NCBI GenBank assembly: GCA_963663385.2
Contig: CAXXXD010000003.1
Coordinates: 64,001 to 128,000, forward strand
Length of the DNA: 64,000 bases
Source of the DNA: Oceanispirochaeta sp.
GTDB taxonomy: Bacteria; Spirochaetota; Spirochaetia; DSM-2461
Direction: 5' to 3'
The translations under genes and the position numbers were made by a program. Shown here one piece after another: positions 51,404 to 60,301 of the stretch; within the stretch, counting starts at the first letter, position 1; every line of letters begins with the position of its first letter. The notes below the pieces were generated by a model. That model was given only the letters and a program-made list of their open reading frames with translations, was not told the DNA's origin and searched no databases.

Positions 51404-51570
51404 GGCCTCCCCATTATCCCCTCAATGGGAGGGGAACCGAATTGACGTCTCCCCTTTGGGGAGATTGAGAGGGGCTCGGATGGTTAACCCTCACCCCTTA
51501 ATCCCCCTGGTCGTAAACTACGTTTACTGCTCTGGCATGCATCCGGCCTCTCCCAGAGGGAGAGGGGGTT
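51404..51570. repeat. Cluster of REP-like palindromes within the prkA operon
   Basis: TCTCCCC-TTT-GGGGAGA (51448-51464) plus TTGAGAGGGGCTCGGA, CCCCTTAATCC and CTCTCCC-AGA-GGGAGAG (51548-51564). Confidence 0.65.
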
Positions 51571-51572
51571 TT

Positions 51573-53174
51573 TTACAATTGTTTGCGGCTTATCTTCCGG
51601 TCTTTCATGGTGTAACAGACCCTCTGTTTCATCAGTATCGTTTCCTCCCCTTTCTTTTCGTAGTACATTTCTGTCGTTTCCAGTTTTACAGGGTTTCCCC
51701 ACAGGTATTCCAGTCCCATCATGGTGTTGGGGATATACTCCTTCATAAGCGGTTTCCCCTCGTCCCGGTGACACAGGTAGAGGGTATTCTCATCGGTCTT
51801 CTCCTTATCAACCCGGATATCCGGAGGGTGCCAGAGGCTGTCCAAAAGCATGGCCCTGTATGCATCGGCCCCCTTGCTTTTTATGACATACTCCCAGGTC
51901 TGCCGGGGCGCATTCAGCCGTTTTTCAACCGTATAGAGTTTGTTGCGGTTGATAAAATCCTGATCGACAAAGCGGTTTATCAGTGTAAAATCGCAATACT
52001 CCTCCCGCAGCTTAAACAGAAAATCCGTTCCCTTGCCGGTATTCCGGTTGTACCGCTTCCGGTCTTCTATCTCGTGCAGTTTTTCAAACTCATAACTGAT
52101 CCGTCCTTTTTCGGCCAGGTCCTCAATATACTCCATCAGACGCATCCCGATGGCATAGGGGTTCAGCCCTATCCGGGGGAGGGATGTCACCATGGCATGA
52201 ACCCTGGCAAAGTCCACTTCATGTCCGCATATTCTTTTATCTTTGAGAAAGAGCCGCTCGTGCCAGTAACTGGCCCAGCCTTCATTGAAGATATGGTCCC
52301 GTCTCTGGGGATCGAAATAGAGGGCCGTGTCCCGCACTACATGGATAACCGATTTCATCCATCGGTTTTCCTCTTTCTGCAGAAAAGGGGAGGCATTGAG
52401 GATATATTCCAGAACATCCCGGGAGACGGTTTCTTTCTTCTGTTTGTATCTTTCGAAGAATGAATCGAATTCGGGATAGAGGGATTTGGCTTCCGTGAAG
52501 AAGAGGGATTCTCCTGTTTCAGGAGACGCCTTCTGCAGTTCGTTATAGCGTTTCAGGTTTTTCAGGTACTCCCCGTGAGAGACCTTCCTGATATCCTGAA
52601 GAAAGCTGTCAAAGTAGAAATCCATCTGCGGACTGTAGCGGCCTGTGTTTTGTGTGTGGAGGGCTGACAGTACTCTATAGAACCCGAGGATATTGTCTGC
52701 TCCCCGGGCAAATTCGATAATATAATCCACCCAGCGGCCGTATTCCGACCGCAGCCGGGCAATAAGCCGCTTATCCGCCCGGGCCCGTCCCAGAAAATCA
52801 TCTCCCCAGGTATGTTTAAAGAAGGTGTTGTTCTGGAAAAAGTCGATATGCCCCAGAACATGGTAGAAGATCATCACATTGAGCCAGTCCGGGTTGTTGT
52901 CGTTATAGAACGAAACGGCCGGGCGTGTATTGATAACCGTCTCGTAGGGATTGGTGGGGTAGAGCTTGTACTTTCCCTTCTCCTGGAGCACCCTGACATC
53001 ATGAACCCAGTAGTCGTAGATGGTGGGGATCATCATTTTGGGGGAGAGTTCCAGCATATCCTGATTGGTAACGACGTACTCCAGGGTTTCATTGTCAAAA
53101 CGAAGGCCTTCGTCCCGGGCGCGTTGTTTGCACTCTTCCATTATGGCTTTTACATGCTGATCTACCAGGGTCAT
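51573..53174 (-). CDS. SpoVR/YcgB-family protein
   Basis: YETVINT.P, HVLGHIDFFQNN, FNEGWASYWH, NPYAIG, YLWG.PV.LET. Confidence 0.92.
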   Translation of the reverse strand: MTLVDQHVKAIMEECKQRARDEGLRFDNETLEYVVTNQDMLELSPKMMIPTIYDYWVHDVRVLQEKGKYKLYPTNPYETVINTRPAVSFYNDNNPDWLNVMIFYHVLGHIDFFQNNTFFKHTWGDDFLGRARADKRLIARLRSEYGRWVDYIIEFARGADNILGFYRVLSALHTQNTGRYSPQMDFYFDSFLQDIRKVSHGEYLKNLKRYNELQKASPETGESLFFTEAKSLYPEFDSFFERYKQKKETVSRDVLEYILNASPFLQKEENRWMKSVIHVVRDTALYFDPQRRDHIFNEGWASYWHERLFLKDKRICGHEVDFARVHAMVTSLPRIGLNPYAIGMRLMEYIEDLAEKGRISYEFEKLHEIEDRKRYNRNTGKGTDFLFKLREEYCDFTLINRFVDQDFINRNKLYTVEKRLNAPRQTWEYVIKSKGADAYRAMLLDSLWHPPDIRVDKEKTDENTLYLCHRDEGKPLMKEYIPNTMMGLEYLWGNPVKLETTEMYYEKKGEETILMKQRVCYTMKDRKISRKQL

Positions 53175-54370
53175 TCTTCTATCAGCTCCTTTATACTGTC
53201 CACAACCTGCCCCTCATCGGAATCCTCCTTCAGGGTGGAGAGACGGAGCCTGTCCTTTCTGCTTTCCAGGAATCCGGATTTTTCCAGATACTTTTCGGCT
53301 GTCGTCTGCCCCGGCTGCCGGTAGGGTGCCGCAACCACTGTTATGCCGATACGGTTGGCGTAGGTCAGCATTTTTTCCAGGGCTTTGACTGCTTCATCTC
53401 CGCTGGAGTCCAGGTCGTCCCCGTCTGTTCCATGAAAAATGTAGATATTGTAATCCCGGGCCAGGGTCTCTTTTTCTACAATCTCATTGACAAATTTGTA
53501 GGCCGAGGCGATAAAAGTTCCTCCTGCGATGCTGAGGTTGTAATAGGTATAGAAGTCGGGCACTTCCTTTGCCTCGTCATCGTGGAGGATAAAGCGGGTC
53601 TCCACCTGTTTTTCATACTGGTAGGACAGCCAGCTGTAGATCATCAGATGCTGAGAGGTTACAATCTCTGTCGGTTTGCCGTACATGGATGCCGAATAGT
53701 CCCTGATAAAAAACACCAGAGCCTGGGCCTCATAGTCCTTCTCCCGGGAGAGAACACGGTAGACCTTGTCCCGCGGATCCACCAGGAACTTCGATGAATC
53801 GATATTGTTGATGTCCGGTACCCTTCCCAGGGCCTGATTAGTCCGCACAATTCTTTTTAGGGTTGCTTTTTTATCCAGAAACTGCCCGAAACCGCGGTTT
53901 TTATCGGTCATCTCATAGCGGTAGCGGGTAAAGGTTTTTTTCTTGCCCCGGTCCTGCAGGTTGGGCAGTTTAAACTTTTCCGTCAGGATCTTGCCCAGGT
54001 CGTAGGCGGAGGAACTTACCTCATGTTCGCTCCCTCCTCCCTGTCCGGCTCCTCTGTCCCCCTCTCCCTCTTCCTGATGGACGGGGACTTCTCCCAGGAC
54101 TTCGCCCTCTTCGCCGTCCCCGGCTCCACCGGTCTTTTCGTTTTCGCTGCTGTTGTCCTTAAAGCGGATCGTATCGTGGTAGAACTTCTCCTCGTCCACG
54201 GTGGGAACGATGATTATCTTGTCCTTTCCCGCTTTCCCCGGACGGAAGATGCGCCCCAGTCGGATCTTCCGGGGAAAACCGTCCTTTTCCCGCTGTTTAT
54301 CCCTGTCCAGAAGGTCGTCAATGGATTTCAGAGCCTTGTGATAGTAGCTGTTCCGATCCTTATCCGCCAT
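53171..54370 (-). CDS. YeaH/YhbH (DUF444) vWA-like protein
   Basis: Gly-rich G.G.G region, LPNL, DYSASM MIDAS, GGT.IASAY, FHGTDGD. Confidence 0.9.
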   Translation of the reverse strand: MADKDRNSYYHKALKSIDDLLDRDKQREKDGFPRKIRLGRIFRPGKAGKDKIIIVPTVDEEKFYHDTIRFKDNSSENEKTGGAGDGEEGEVLGEVPVHQEEGEGDRGAGQGGGSEHEVSSSAYDLGKILTEKFKLPNLQDRGKKKTFTRYRYEMTDKNRGFGQFLDKKATLKRIVRTNQALGRVPDINNIDSSKFLVDPRDKVYRVLSREKDYEAQALVFFIRDYSASMYGKPTEIVTSQHLMIYSWLSYQYEKQVETRFILHDDEAKEVPDFYTYYNLSIAGGTFIASAYKFVNEIVEKETLARDYNIYIFHGTDGDDLDSSGDEAVKALEKMLTYANRIGITVVAAPYRQPGQTTAEKYLEKSGFLESRKDRLRLSTLKEDSDEGQVVDSIKELIEE

Positions 54371-54385
54371 ATAAAACCTTCTATT

Positions 54386-56443
54386 TCAGGATTCATCCTC
54401 CAGGGTCGTGTAATACTCCAGTGTCTTTTCCGCACAGGTCCGGCAGTAGTTCAGTTTCCCTATCATGGTATCCATCAACCGGTTGTAGAGCTTCTGGTTC
54501 TCTTCATCCGTCCGGTTGGCCAGGGCTCCCACCAGGCTCCCGGCGCTGCCGATATCCGAGTTAAGCCGAACTTCCGTCACCGCCATAACCAGCTCCAGAT
54601 TATCCATGAAATTGTAGTTTTTCTCTGTGGCGATCTTCTGACCGTAGAGCTTGCGGATAGTGGTCCGGAAGGATTCCCGCTGTTCTTTCGTTTTCAGTCC
54701 CATCCTTTCTTCCACGCTTTCGATATACCGCTCGTCAATCTTGATCGCCGTCAGTTCCCCCGTCTGCGGATCCGGGTACTTCCACATTTTGTCGGATCCC
54801 AGGGTTTCCGCGTCGATTCCCACAATCATATTCACATAGTTCATCACGCTTTTCTCTATGGCCTTGGGCTCGTCCATATAGGCGTCGAAAATCTCAACCT
54901 TGATCTTTTCCTTGTAGAGCCCCTGGGCAATTTTCAGATCCTCCAGATACTTGGCCCGGTCTCCCGGTTCCTGTATATAGTCCAGAATGATGGTTTTGAG
55001 GGCTTTGAAAATGTCCTTGGCAAACATGCATTCCCCCTCATTGGTTTCCGAGCTTTCCAGTACCAGCTGAATGGCCCGCCCCAGGTTCCTCTGTCCCAGG
55101 CCCTTCTGACCGAAGCGTTTGGTAATATCCGCTTCGGACTGAAGATCGTCAATAATCTCCCGGAGGGATTTGATGCTCTTTTCTCCCGCCACTTCCCCGG
55201 CAGCCAGCTTCATCATCTCGATGGGGGTCATCTTGTCTGAGCGGGGCAGGCGGCTCAGGGTGACCGCAATGGATGAGGCGTAGTTGAAATTCGGGTCAAT
55301 GTGCAGGGATGACTTGCTGAAGGTTGTCTTCTCCCTTCCCCCCAGAGCGTATCCTGTCAGATCCGACTGCAGTTTGTAATCGGTGTTGTGGGACACATAG
55401 CACAGGCGGCAGCGGTCAACGATAGGGGCCTCTTCCCTCTCCGACAGGAACTTGTTGAACTCGGCGTTATTGCTGGTGGCGATGATCAGGGTGTCTATGG
55501 GCCATTTGAAACCGTCCAGTTCAATGGTCCTGTTCTGAATGACCCCCAGGTATATCTGGACCAGGTCTCTCTTGTTTTTGAAAATCTCATCGCTGAAATG
55601 GATTCCCCCTCCGGCCACCCTGGCCAGAGCCCCTCTTCTCAGGTCGAAACGGTAGGGGTTGTTGGTATCGGAGATATGGAGCAGACGCTGGATGGATTCC
55701 TCTCCCAGAAGGTCAACGGAGGAGGAGGTTATTTTATCCTTTGCGGGGTATTTCCCCGTCACGGTTCCCAGTGTTTCGCTTAAGGGGACGGGTACTATAG
55801 TGATGAATCCCTTCATGGCCTCTACATCCCCGCCTGTATAGCGGCGCAGATCTTCCAGAATATAGGAGGAGCAGGCCCCCAGGGGAGCGTAGTTGGCATA
55901 AAGCGCTTCCAGGGCTTCATCCCCGAATCCCAGTTTTCCCAGCCAGGTACGGTTTTCCTCTTTCGTCTCATAGAGGTTCATGGCCAGTCGCATGGGGTCC
56001 TCATAGGTCTGGGACTCTATACGCCCTATCATGCCGTAGGTTTCCAGTTTGTCCAGGTTATTGAACCGGAAGGTATAGCGGTGACACTCCGGCAGTGCCA
56101 GATAGCTGCGGTAGAGGGAACAGAGGTATTCCACAAAAAAAGTTTTTCCATTTCCCGGTTCCCCGATCAGAACATAGGCCATCTCCGAGGAGGATCCGTT
56201 TTCCGCGGCGTCTTTTACATAGCTGACAAAACTGTTGATCTCGTCGTACATGCCGATTATATGCTTGGGCCCCTGTCGGAAAACCTTGAAATCGTAGGTT
56301 GTCCGTCCGTTGACTTTGACTTTTTCTATCATCTCCGGATCATCCAGAATCAGGTGACAGAGCGATTGGTAGATGTTCTCGAATTTTCTCTTTCCGGAAA
56401 TAACCTGTTTGACGTGATAATCCAGGCTTAAATTCTCAGCCAT
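54386..56443 (-). CDS. prkA: PrkA/YeaG-family AAA+ protein
   Basis: GEPGNGKT, DEIFK, IIATSN, DRC; first gene of the prkA-yeaH-spoVR operon. Confidence 0.85.
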   Translation of the reverse strand: MAENLSLDYHVKQVISGKRKFENIYQSLCHLILDDPEMIEKVKVNGRTTYDFKVFRQGPKHIIGMYDEINSFVSYVKDAAENGSSSEMAYVLIGEPGNGKTFFVEYLCSLYRSYLALPECHRYTFRFNNLDKLETYGMIGRIESQTYEDPMRLAMNLYETKEENRTWLGKLGFGDEALEALYANYAPLGACSSYILEDLRRYTGGDVEAMKGFITIVPVPLSETLGTVTGKYPAKDKITSSSVDLLGEESIQRLLHISDTNNPYRFDLRRGALARVAGGGIHFSDEIFKNKRDLVQIYLGVIQNRTIELDGFKWPIDTLIIATSNNAEFNKFLSEREEAPIVDRCRLCYVSHNTDYKLQSDLTGYALGGREKTTFSKSSLHIDPNFNYASSIAVTLSRLPRSDKMTPIEMMKLAAGEVAGEKSIKSLREIIDDLQSEADITKRFGQKGLGQRNLGRAIQLVLESSETNEGECMFAKDIFKALKTIILDYIQEPGDRAKYLEDLKIAQGLYKEKIKVEIFDAYMDEPKAIEKSVMNYVNMIVGIDAETLGSDKMWKYPDPQTGELTAIKIDERYIESVEERMGLKTKEQRESFRTTIRKLYGQKIATEKNYNFMDNLELVMAVTEVRLNSDIGSAGSLVGALANRTDEENQKLYNRLMDTMIGKLNYCRTCAEKTLEYYTTLEDES

Positions 56444-56536
56444 GCAGCCCTCCCCCGGGAGACAGTGCAGCGCAGACAGCTTGAGTCCCTGCTTTAAAGT
56501 CTAAATCAGTTCGGAACGGAAGTAAAATTCCCGATG

Positions 56537-56552
56537 ACTAACTAAAGTTAGT
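56537..56552. promoter_or_regulatory. Palindromic box 1, ACTAAC-TAAA-GTTAGT
   Basis: Identical to 59696-59711; lies upstream of TACAAT (56577-56582). Confidence 0.7.
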
Positions 56553-56615
56553 ATTCTCTTCACGGGGAGCAGGGGGTACAATTACTGTATCAAATAAGTA
56601 ATCAAGTGATGTGTT

Positions 56616-56861
56616 ATGGTATTGTCAAAGAGATCCTTACAGCCCCCTGTCGGGGTATTCAGAAGTCATAGAATCCCGGGAATACTTAAAAGCGATCTGA
56701 AATATCTGTTGATAAAAGATCAGCCCGTTACCTGTTTCTGCTGCGGCATGGAACTGGAATCCCGGGAGGTCGGGGTTATCGCAAAGGGGCATACAAGGGT
56801 TGCCTGCAGTTGCAGAAATGCTTCCTGTATTCACTATTTAATGGAGAATTTCCATGAATAA
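56616..56861 (+). CDS. Small Cys-rich hypothetical protein (possible zinc ribbon)
   Basis: CFCC and CSC...C motifs; its stop overlaps the next start. Confidence 0.5.
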   Translation: MVLSKRSLQPPVGVFRSHRIPGILKSDLKYLLIKDQPVTCFCCGMELESREVGVIAKGHTRVACSCRNASCIHYLMENFHE

Positions 56862-58047
56862 ACTGTATGCCCGCATCGCCCGGGTGGCGGTAAAATATGC
56901 TGTGTGCAGGCGGATCCGGAATTTCTTCGGATCAGGTTACGGTCAGTTCTGCATACACTGGCTGCACCATAAAGACCTCCTTTCTCCCCTTGAAGAAATC
57001 GAGGATGCTCACTTTATTCCGGTTTTCAACGAGTCGGATTCTCCCGCCATCCAGTCTCTGCAGGCCTATCAGTTCAACCTGTCCATCTCCTATAAAAGAA
57101 GGGCCCGGACAATTACAGGCATATACTACAGGGCTCTGGAAGCGGCTCTGCTGAGGGGGTTCGCCTGTTCCATGGGATCCGAAGCCGAGGAGGCCTTCTA
57201 TACTTATTACGCTCCCGCAACAGACCGGAATCCCGAACTGAAGCGGGTATACAATCAGATGATTTCTCTGGATAAACAGAATCTCCTTCGCACTGTCTTT
57301 CTCACAGAACTGGATTACCTGCCCGCTGACGGGAGGGATTACAGCGAGGATCTGGCGGGGCTTCTGGATTACCTGGAAGATCCCTCAAGGGGGGAGTGCT
57401 ACCTGAAAGGTCCTATCCGTATAGGCCTGCTCCCGCGGGATCCCCAGGTTATTCTCTCTGTGTATCAGAGAGCTGTCTGTGAACGTTTCTACAGAGTCGG
57501 AGTGCCCAATATCCTGCCGGCCAGCAGACGCCAGATTGATTATAGAACCTTCAGCAATCTTGTTCTTGATGCTGATCTCAGACCGGGGGGGACCTTTACG
57601 GGACGGATGGTGATGTCGGGTCCCGGCGCTTCCGTATTTGACCGGAACGGTTTAAGAGGGGTTCTTTACAGGGAGGAGTACAGCTGGAGTCTCCGGGAGT
57701 GCAGACTGAAGGAATTCTTTGAGGGTGAGGAGTGTACTCTGGCCATAAAAAGCATCGACTGGGTAAGGGGGCGCATCCTTCTGACCGGCAGGGGCAGGGA
57801 AACAGATCCCAGGGAACGGGCCGGTTTTCCGGAGGTGTATTCCATTGCCAATGTCCGTGTGGTAGAAGAAAATCACTGCTATATGCTTGGTTTGTACGGC
57901 AAAGAGTTTGAAGTTATTCTGCCCAAGAGCGAGCTTTTACCGGATCGGTTCGGTTCCGTTCATAATATGATAGGCAGGGATTATAAGGTGATGATCTATC
58001 ACAAGGACAGGGATTCCCGTCTATACGGGAGCATCAGAAAACTGTAG
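56854..58047 (+). CDS. Hypothetical protein with two C-terminal S1-like OB folds
   Basis: G.L...EYSW..FEGEE....IKSID...GRILLT and ILPKSEL..IG....V.I..SIR patterns; SD GGAG. Confidence 0.65.
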   Translation: MNKLYARIARVAVKYAVCRRIRNFFGSGYGQFCIHWLHHKDLLSPLEEIEDAHFIPVFNESDSPAIQSLQAYQFNLSISYKRRARTITGIYYRALEAALLRGFACSMGSEAEEAFYTYYAPATDRNPELKRVYNQMISLDKQNLLRTVFLTELDYLPADGRDYSEDLAGLLDYLEDPSRGECYLKGPIRIGLLPRDPQVILSVYQRAVCERFYRVGVPNILPASRRQIDYRTFSNLVLDADLRPGGTFTGRMVMSGPGASVFDRNGLRGVLYREEYSWSLRECRLKEFFEGEECTLAIKSIDWVRGRILLTGRGRETDPRERAGFPEVYSIANVRVVEENHCYMLGLYGKEFEVILPKSELLPDRFGSVHNMIGRDYKVMIYHKDRDSRLYGSIRKL

Positions 58048-58059
58048 AAATCCAGGACC

Positions 58060-58944
58060 CTAGAAATTCCATTTGCATTTATCCAGCAGTTCCTGACGGG
58101 AACGTACTTCCATTTTTTTAAATATTTTACTGAAGTACTGTTTTATTGTTCCGGTGGTTGTTCCGAGGTTGTGGGCAATCTCTTTGTTGGTCAGATGGGG
58201 GCTCTGGCAGAACTCCCGGATAATCGCTTCCTCACTGGGGGTAATTTTAAACTTTTTCAGATCCACAGGTTTTCTGGAAAGCCCGAGCTTCTCTATCCGT
58301 TCCTCCAGCTCTTCTATGCGGAACGCTTTGCTCTGTATCTCCTGATGATGCTCCCGGATTTCTTCTTCCAGCTGTTTTTTTTCCTTCTCCATAGCGGAAA
58401 AGGTCTCCTGTGTGGTCTTTTCGAACTTGAGAATATGGTTTATTTCGCTGGTGTATATCAGGTAGATAATGGTCAGGAAGAATATGAGGTACAGGGTTAT
58501 ATTTATGCTTGACCCTATATGGTCGTCCCCCGATACGGATATGGAGAATTCCAGAAAAACCATTGTGAACAGGCCCAGCAGGATTAGTTTCTTCCGGGTA
58601 TGTTTCTCCAGAAGTCCGTAGCGGTAGGCAAGCATCAGTGAGAGCATGATAAATCCCATTCCGTGAAAAGCATCATACTGATCCATCAGGGACAGAGCCC
58701 CGTTAATAAGAAAAATGGCAATCTGCAGGTACTGAATCAGGGGGCTCTGTATTTTTCTGGTAAAAAACAGGATAAGCGAAAACAGAAAGATAAACAGGAA
58801 TGACGGGAAAATCAATGCTTCCAGTACGGTCGCATGCCACGTAGATACCAGTAAGATGAAGTTTACCATACTTACGGCGAAGCCAATCAGGGCTACAAAC
58901 AGGGACACCCTTTTTTGTATTTCAATGTTTTCGCTTTTTTTCAT
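58060..58944 (-). CDS. Membrane-anchored LuxR-family one-component regulator (about 6 TM, coiled coil, HTH)
   Basis: Hydrophobic N-terminal ~165 aa; ITPSE..TNKEIA..L..T.GTIK.Y..KIFKKM.V.SRQEL. Confidence 0.85.
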   Translation of the reverse strand: MKKSENIEIQKRVSLFVALIGFAVSMVNFILLVSTWHATVLEALIFPSFLFIFLFSLILFFTRKIQSPLIQYLQIAIFLINGALSLMDQYDAFHGMGFIMLSLMLAYRYGLLEKHTRKKLILLGLFTMVFLEFSISVSGDDHIGSSINITLYLIFFLTIIYLIYTSEINHILKFEKTTQETFSAMEKEKKQLEEEIREHHQEIQSKAFRIEELEERIEKLGLSRKPVDLKKFKITPSEEAIIREFCQSPHLTNKEIAHNLGTTTGTIKQYFSKIFKKMEVRSRQELLDKCKWNF

Positions 58945-58987
58945 AATACTATATTTTAAAATGGTTATTGAATTTTGTTAAACAATA

Positions 58988-59554
58988 TTATACATCCCAA
59001 TATGATTCAATCCCCGGGCCTATATCCAGTATTTCATCCATTTTGGGGCAGGACACGGAAAGGACCTCTTTTCTCAGATTTTCATTGGCGTTTTCAAATT
59101 TCCATGCGCCCATATTAATGGGGTTGTACTTTCTGTTCCGTTTGTCCTCTACGCTGTCCATTTTGTGGTCCGCCAGCATGGCCAGGGCCAGGATATTCAT
59201 CCCCCTTTTTATAATAATCTCATTCCCTCCGTCAAAGTGACTGATCCGTTCGAGTCGGGTGAACAGGTTGTCGTTATCGGAAAAATTATGAAGAAAAATG
59301 TCCTTTCCTCTATCCGAGGCGGCTATTACATATGTGGCAAGATGAGAGAGCGCTATCCGCTGAGGATTGCGGCAGTCGGCCAGAAAGGGGAGGGCCGCAA
59401 CCAGTTTCATTATTTTATGACTGGTCATTCTGGCCCTTTTCATTGGAGAGAAATGAAAGAGAGTCGAAATCCTGTCAACCATATCGATCCACTGTTCTTC
59501 TGTGAAGAGCGCTTCCTGTGGAGGTTCAGCCTTTAATTTTTTTTCCTGAATCAT
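58988..59554 (-). CDS. Hypothetical alpha-helical protein with an acidic D...D...D....KYNP motif
   Basis: 188-aa ORF with SD AGGAG; family not recognised with certainty. Confidence 0.75.
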   Translation of the reverse strand: MIQEKKLKAEPPQEALFTEEQWIDMVDRISTLFHFSPMKRARMTSHKIMKLVAALPFLADCRNPQRIALSHLATYVIAASDRGKDIFLHNFSDNDNLFTRLERISHFDGGNEIIIKRGMNILALAMLADHKMDSVEDKRNRKYNPINMGAWKFENANENLRKEVLSVSCPKMDEILDIGPGIESYWDV

Positions 59555-59694
59555 AATATTCTCCTGAATGTTTGAGGATAACTATATTGTAAGACGCGGA
59601 ATATTAGCTGTACAGACTCGGAATCGCTGATATTGACAGGTTCAAAAACAGGTTTCTTTATCTCTTTTTAGTATAAGTAAATACTGTTTTAATG

Positions 59695-59712
59695 TACTAA
59701 CTAAAGTTAGTA
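59695..59712. promoter_or_regulatory. Palindromic box 2, TACTAAC-TAAA-GTTAGTA
   Basis: Perfect 7-4-7; centre at about -40.5 relative to a minus-strand TATACT -10 (59675-59670). Confidence 0.7.
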
Positions 59713-59758
59713 GGAATGAGGCCGTATTTTACGGGGTTTTACAGCTGTTTTTGAGGGT

Positions 59759-59774
59759 ACTAACCAAAGTTAGT
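59759..59774. promoter_or_regulatory. Palindromic box 3, ACTAAC-CAAA-GTTAGT
   Basis: One substitution relative to boxes 1 and 2; centre 63 bp from box 2. Confidence 0.7.
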
Positions 59775-60032
59775 CGGTTATATGCTTTTGCAGAACGGGA
59801 AACAGGCATAAAATAGCGAGTGCCTTCAATAAAGGACCGGTGTAAGCCTTTGATGTCCGGGTTTATTTTACACCATTCGTTTTGCAGGCATATTTAAATT
59901 TTGTAATTGTTATTATAGAGAATATTGGTATACTAATCAAGGCGTTTGTTCCCGTTATTTGAGAATATTGTTTATTAGTGTTTATTCTGTGTGTAGTGAT
60001 TTGGTGGTTGGGGACGTTGCAGTGAGATTGAA

Positions 60033-60200
60033 GCAGGAAAAACCCTTTATTCTCATATTGATATTAATGAATATATAAGAGAGTCAGTTAAAGAAAAATC
60101 ATTTGCAAAATGGTTTGCAGAAAAAGTCTCTACTCATCCGCATTTAACAAAACGTATTAGATACATTTTGGAAATCGGAAAAGAAAATGCTGCCATATAA
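60033..60200 (+). pseudogene. 3' remnant of an M48 (HtpX-like) metallopeptidase gene
   Basis: Frame lacking a start reads AGKTLY..WFAEKVSTHPHLTKRI..stop; STHP...KRI is the M48 C-terminal motif; absent from the ORF track. Confidence 0.65.
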
Positions 60201-60301
60201 AAAGTTATAGATTGTCAGTTTCAACTGATCATGATCTTTATAATTATAGGGATCATGACACTAACGGCAATCAGCAGAAATCCATGTTAAAGGAGAAATA
60301 C

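Noticed and set aside
51456..55240. Plus-strand ORFs of 335 and 405 aa opposite spoVR, yeaH and prkA
   Set aside because: Antisense shadows with no SD or motifs
60000..60035. tRNA 3' end or att site (TGGTGG, i.e. CCACCA on the minus strand), or an attC site
   Set aside because: No T-arm at the right spacing, no paired attC boxes identified, and no integrase in the window
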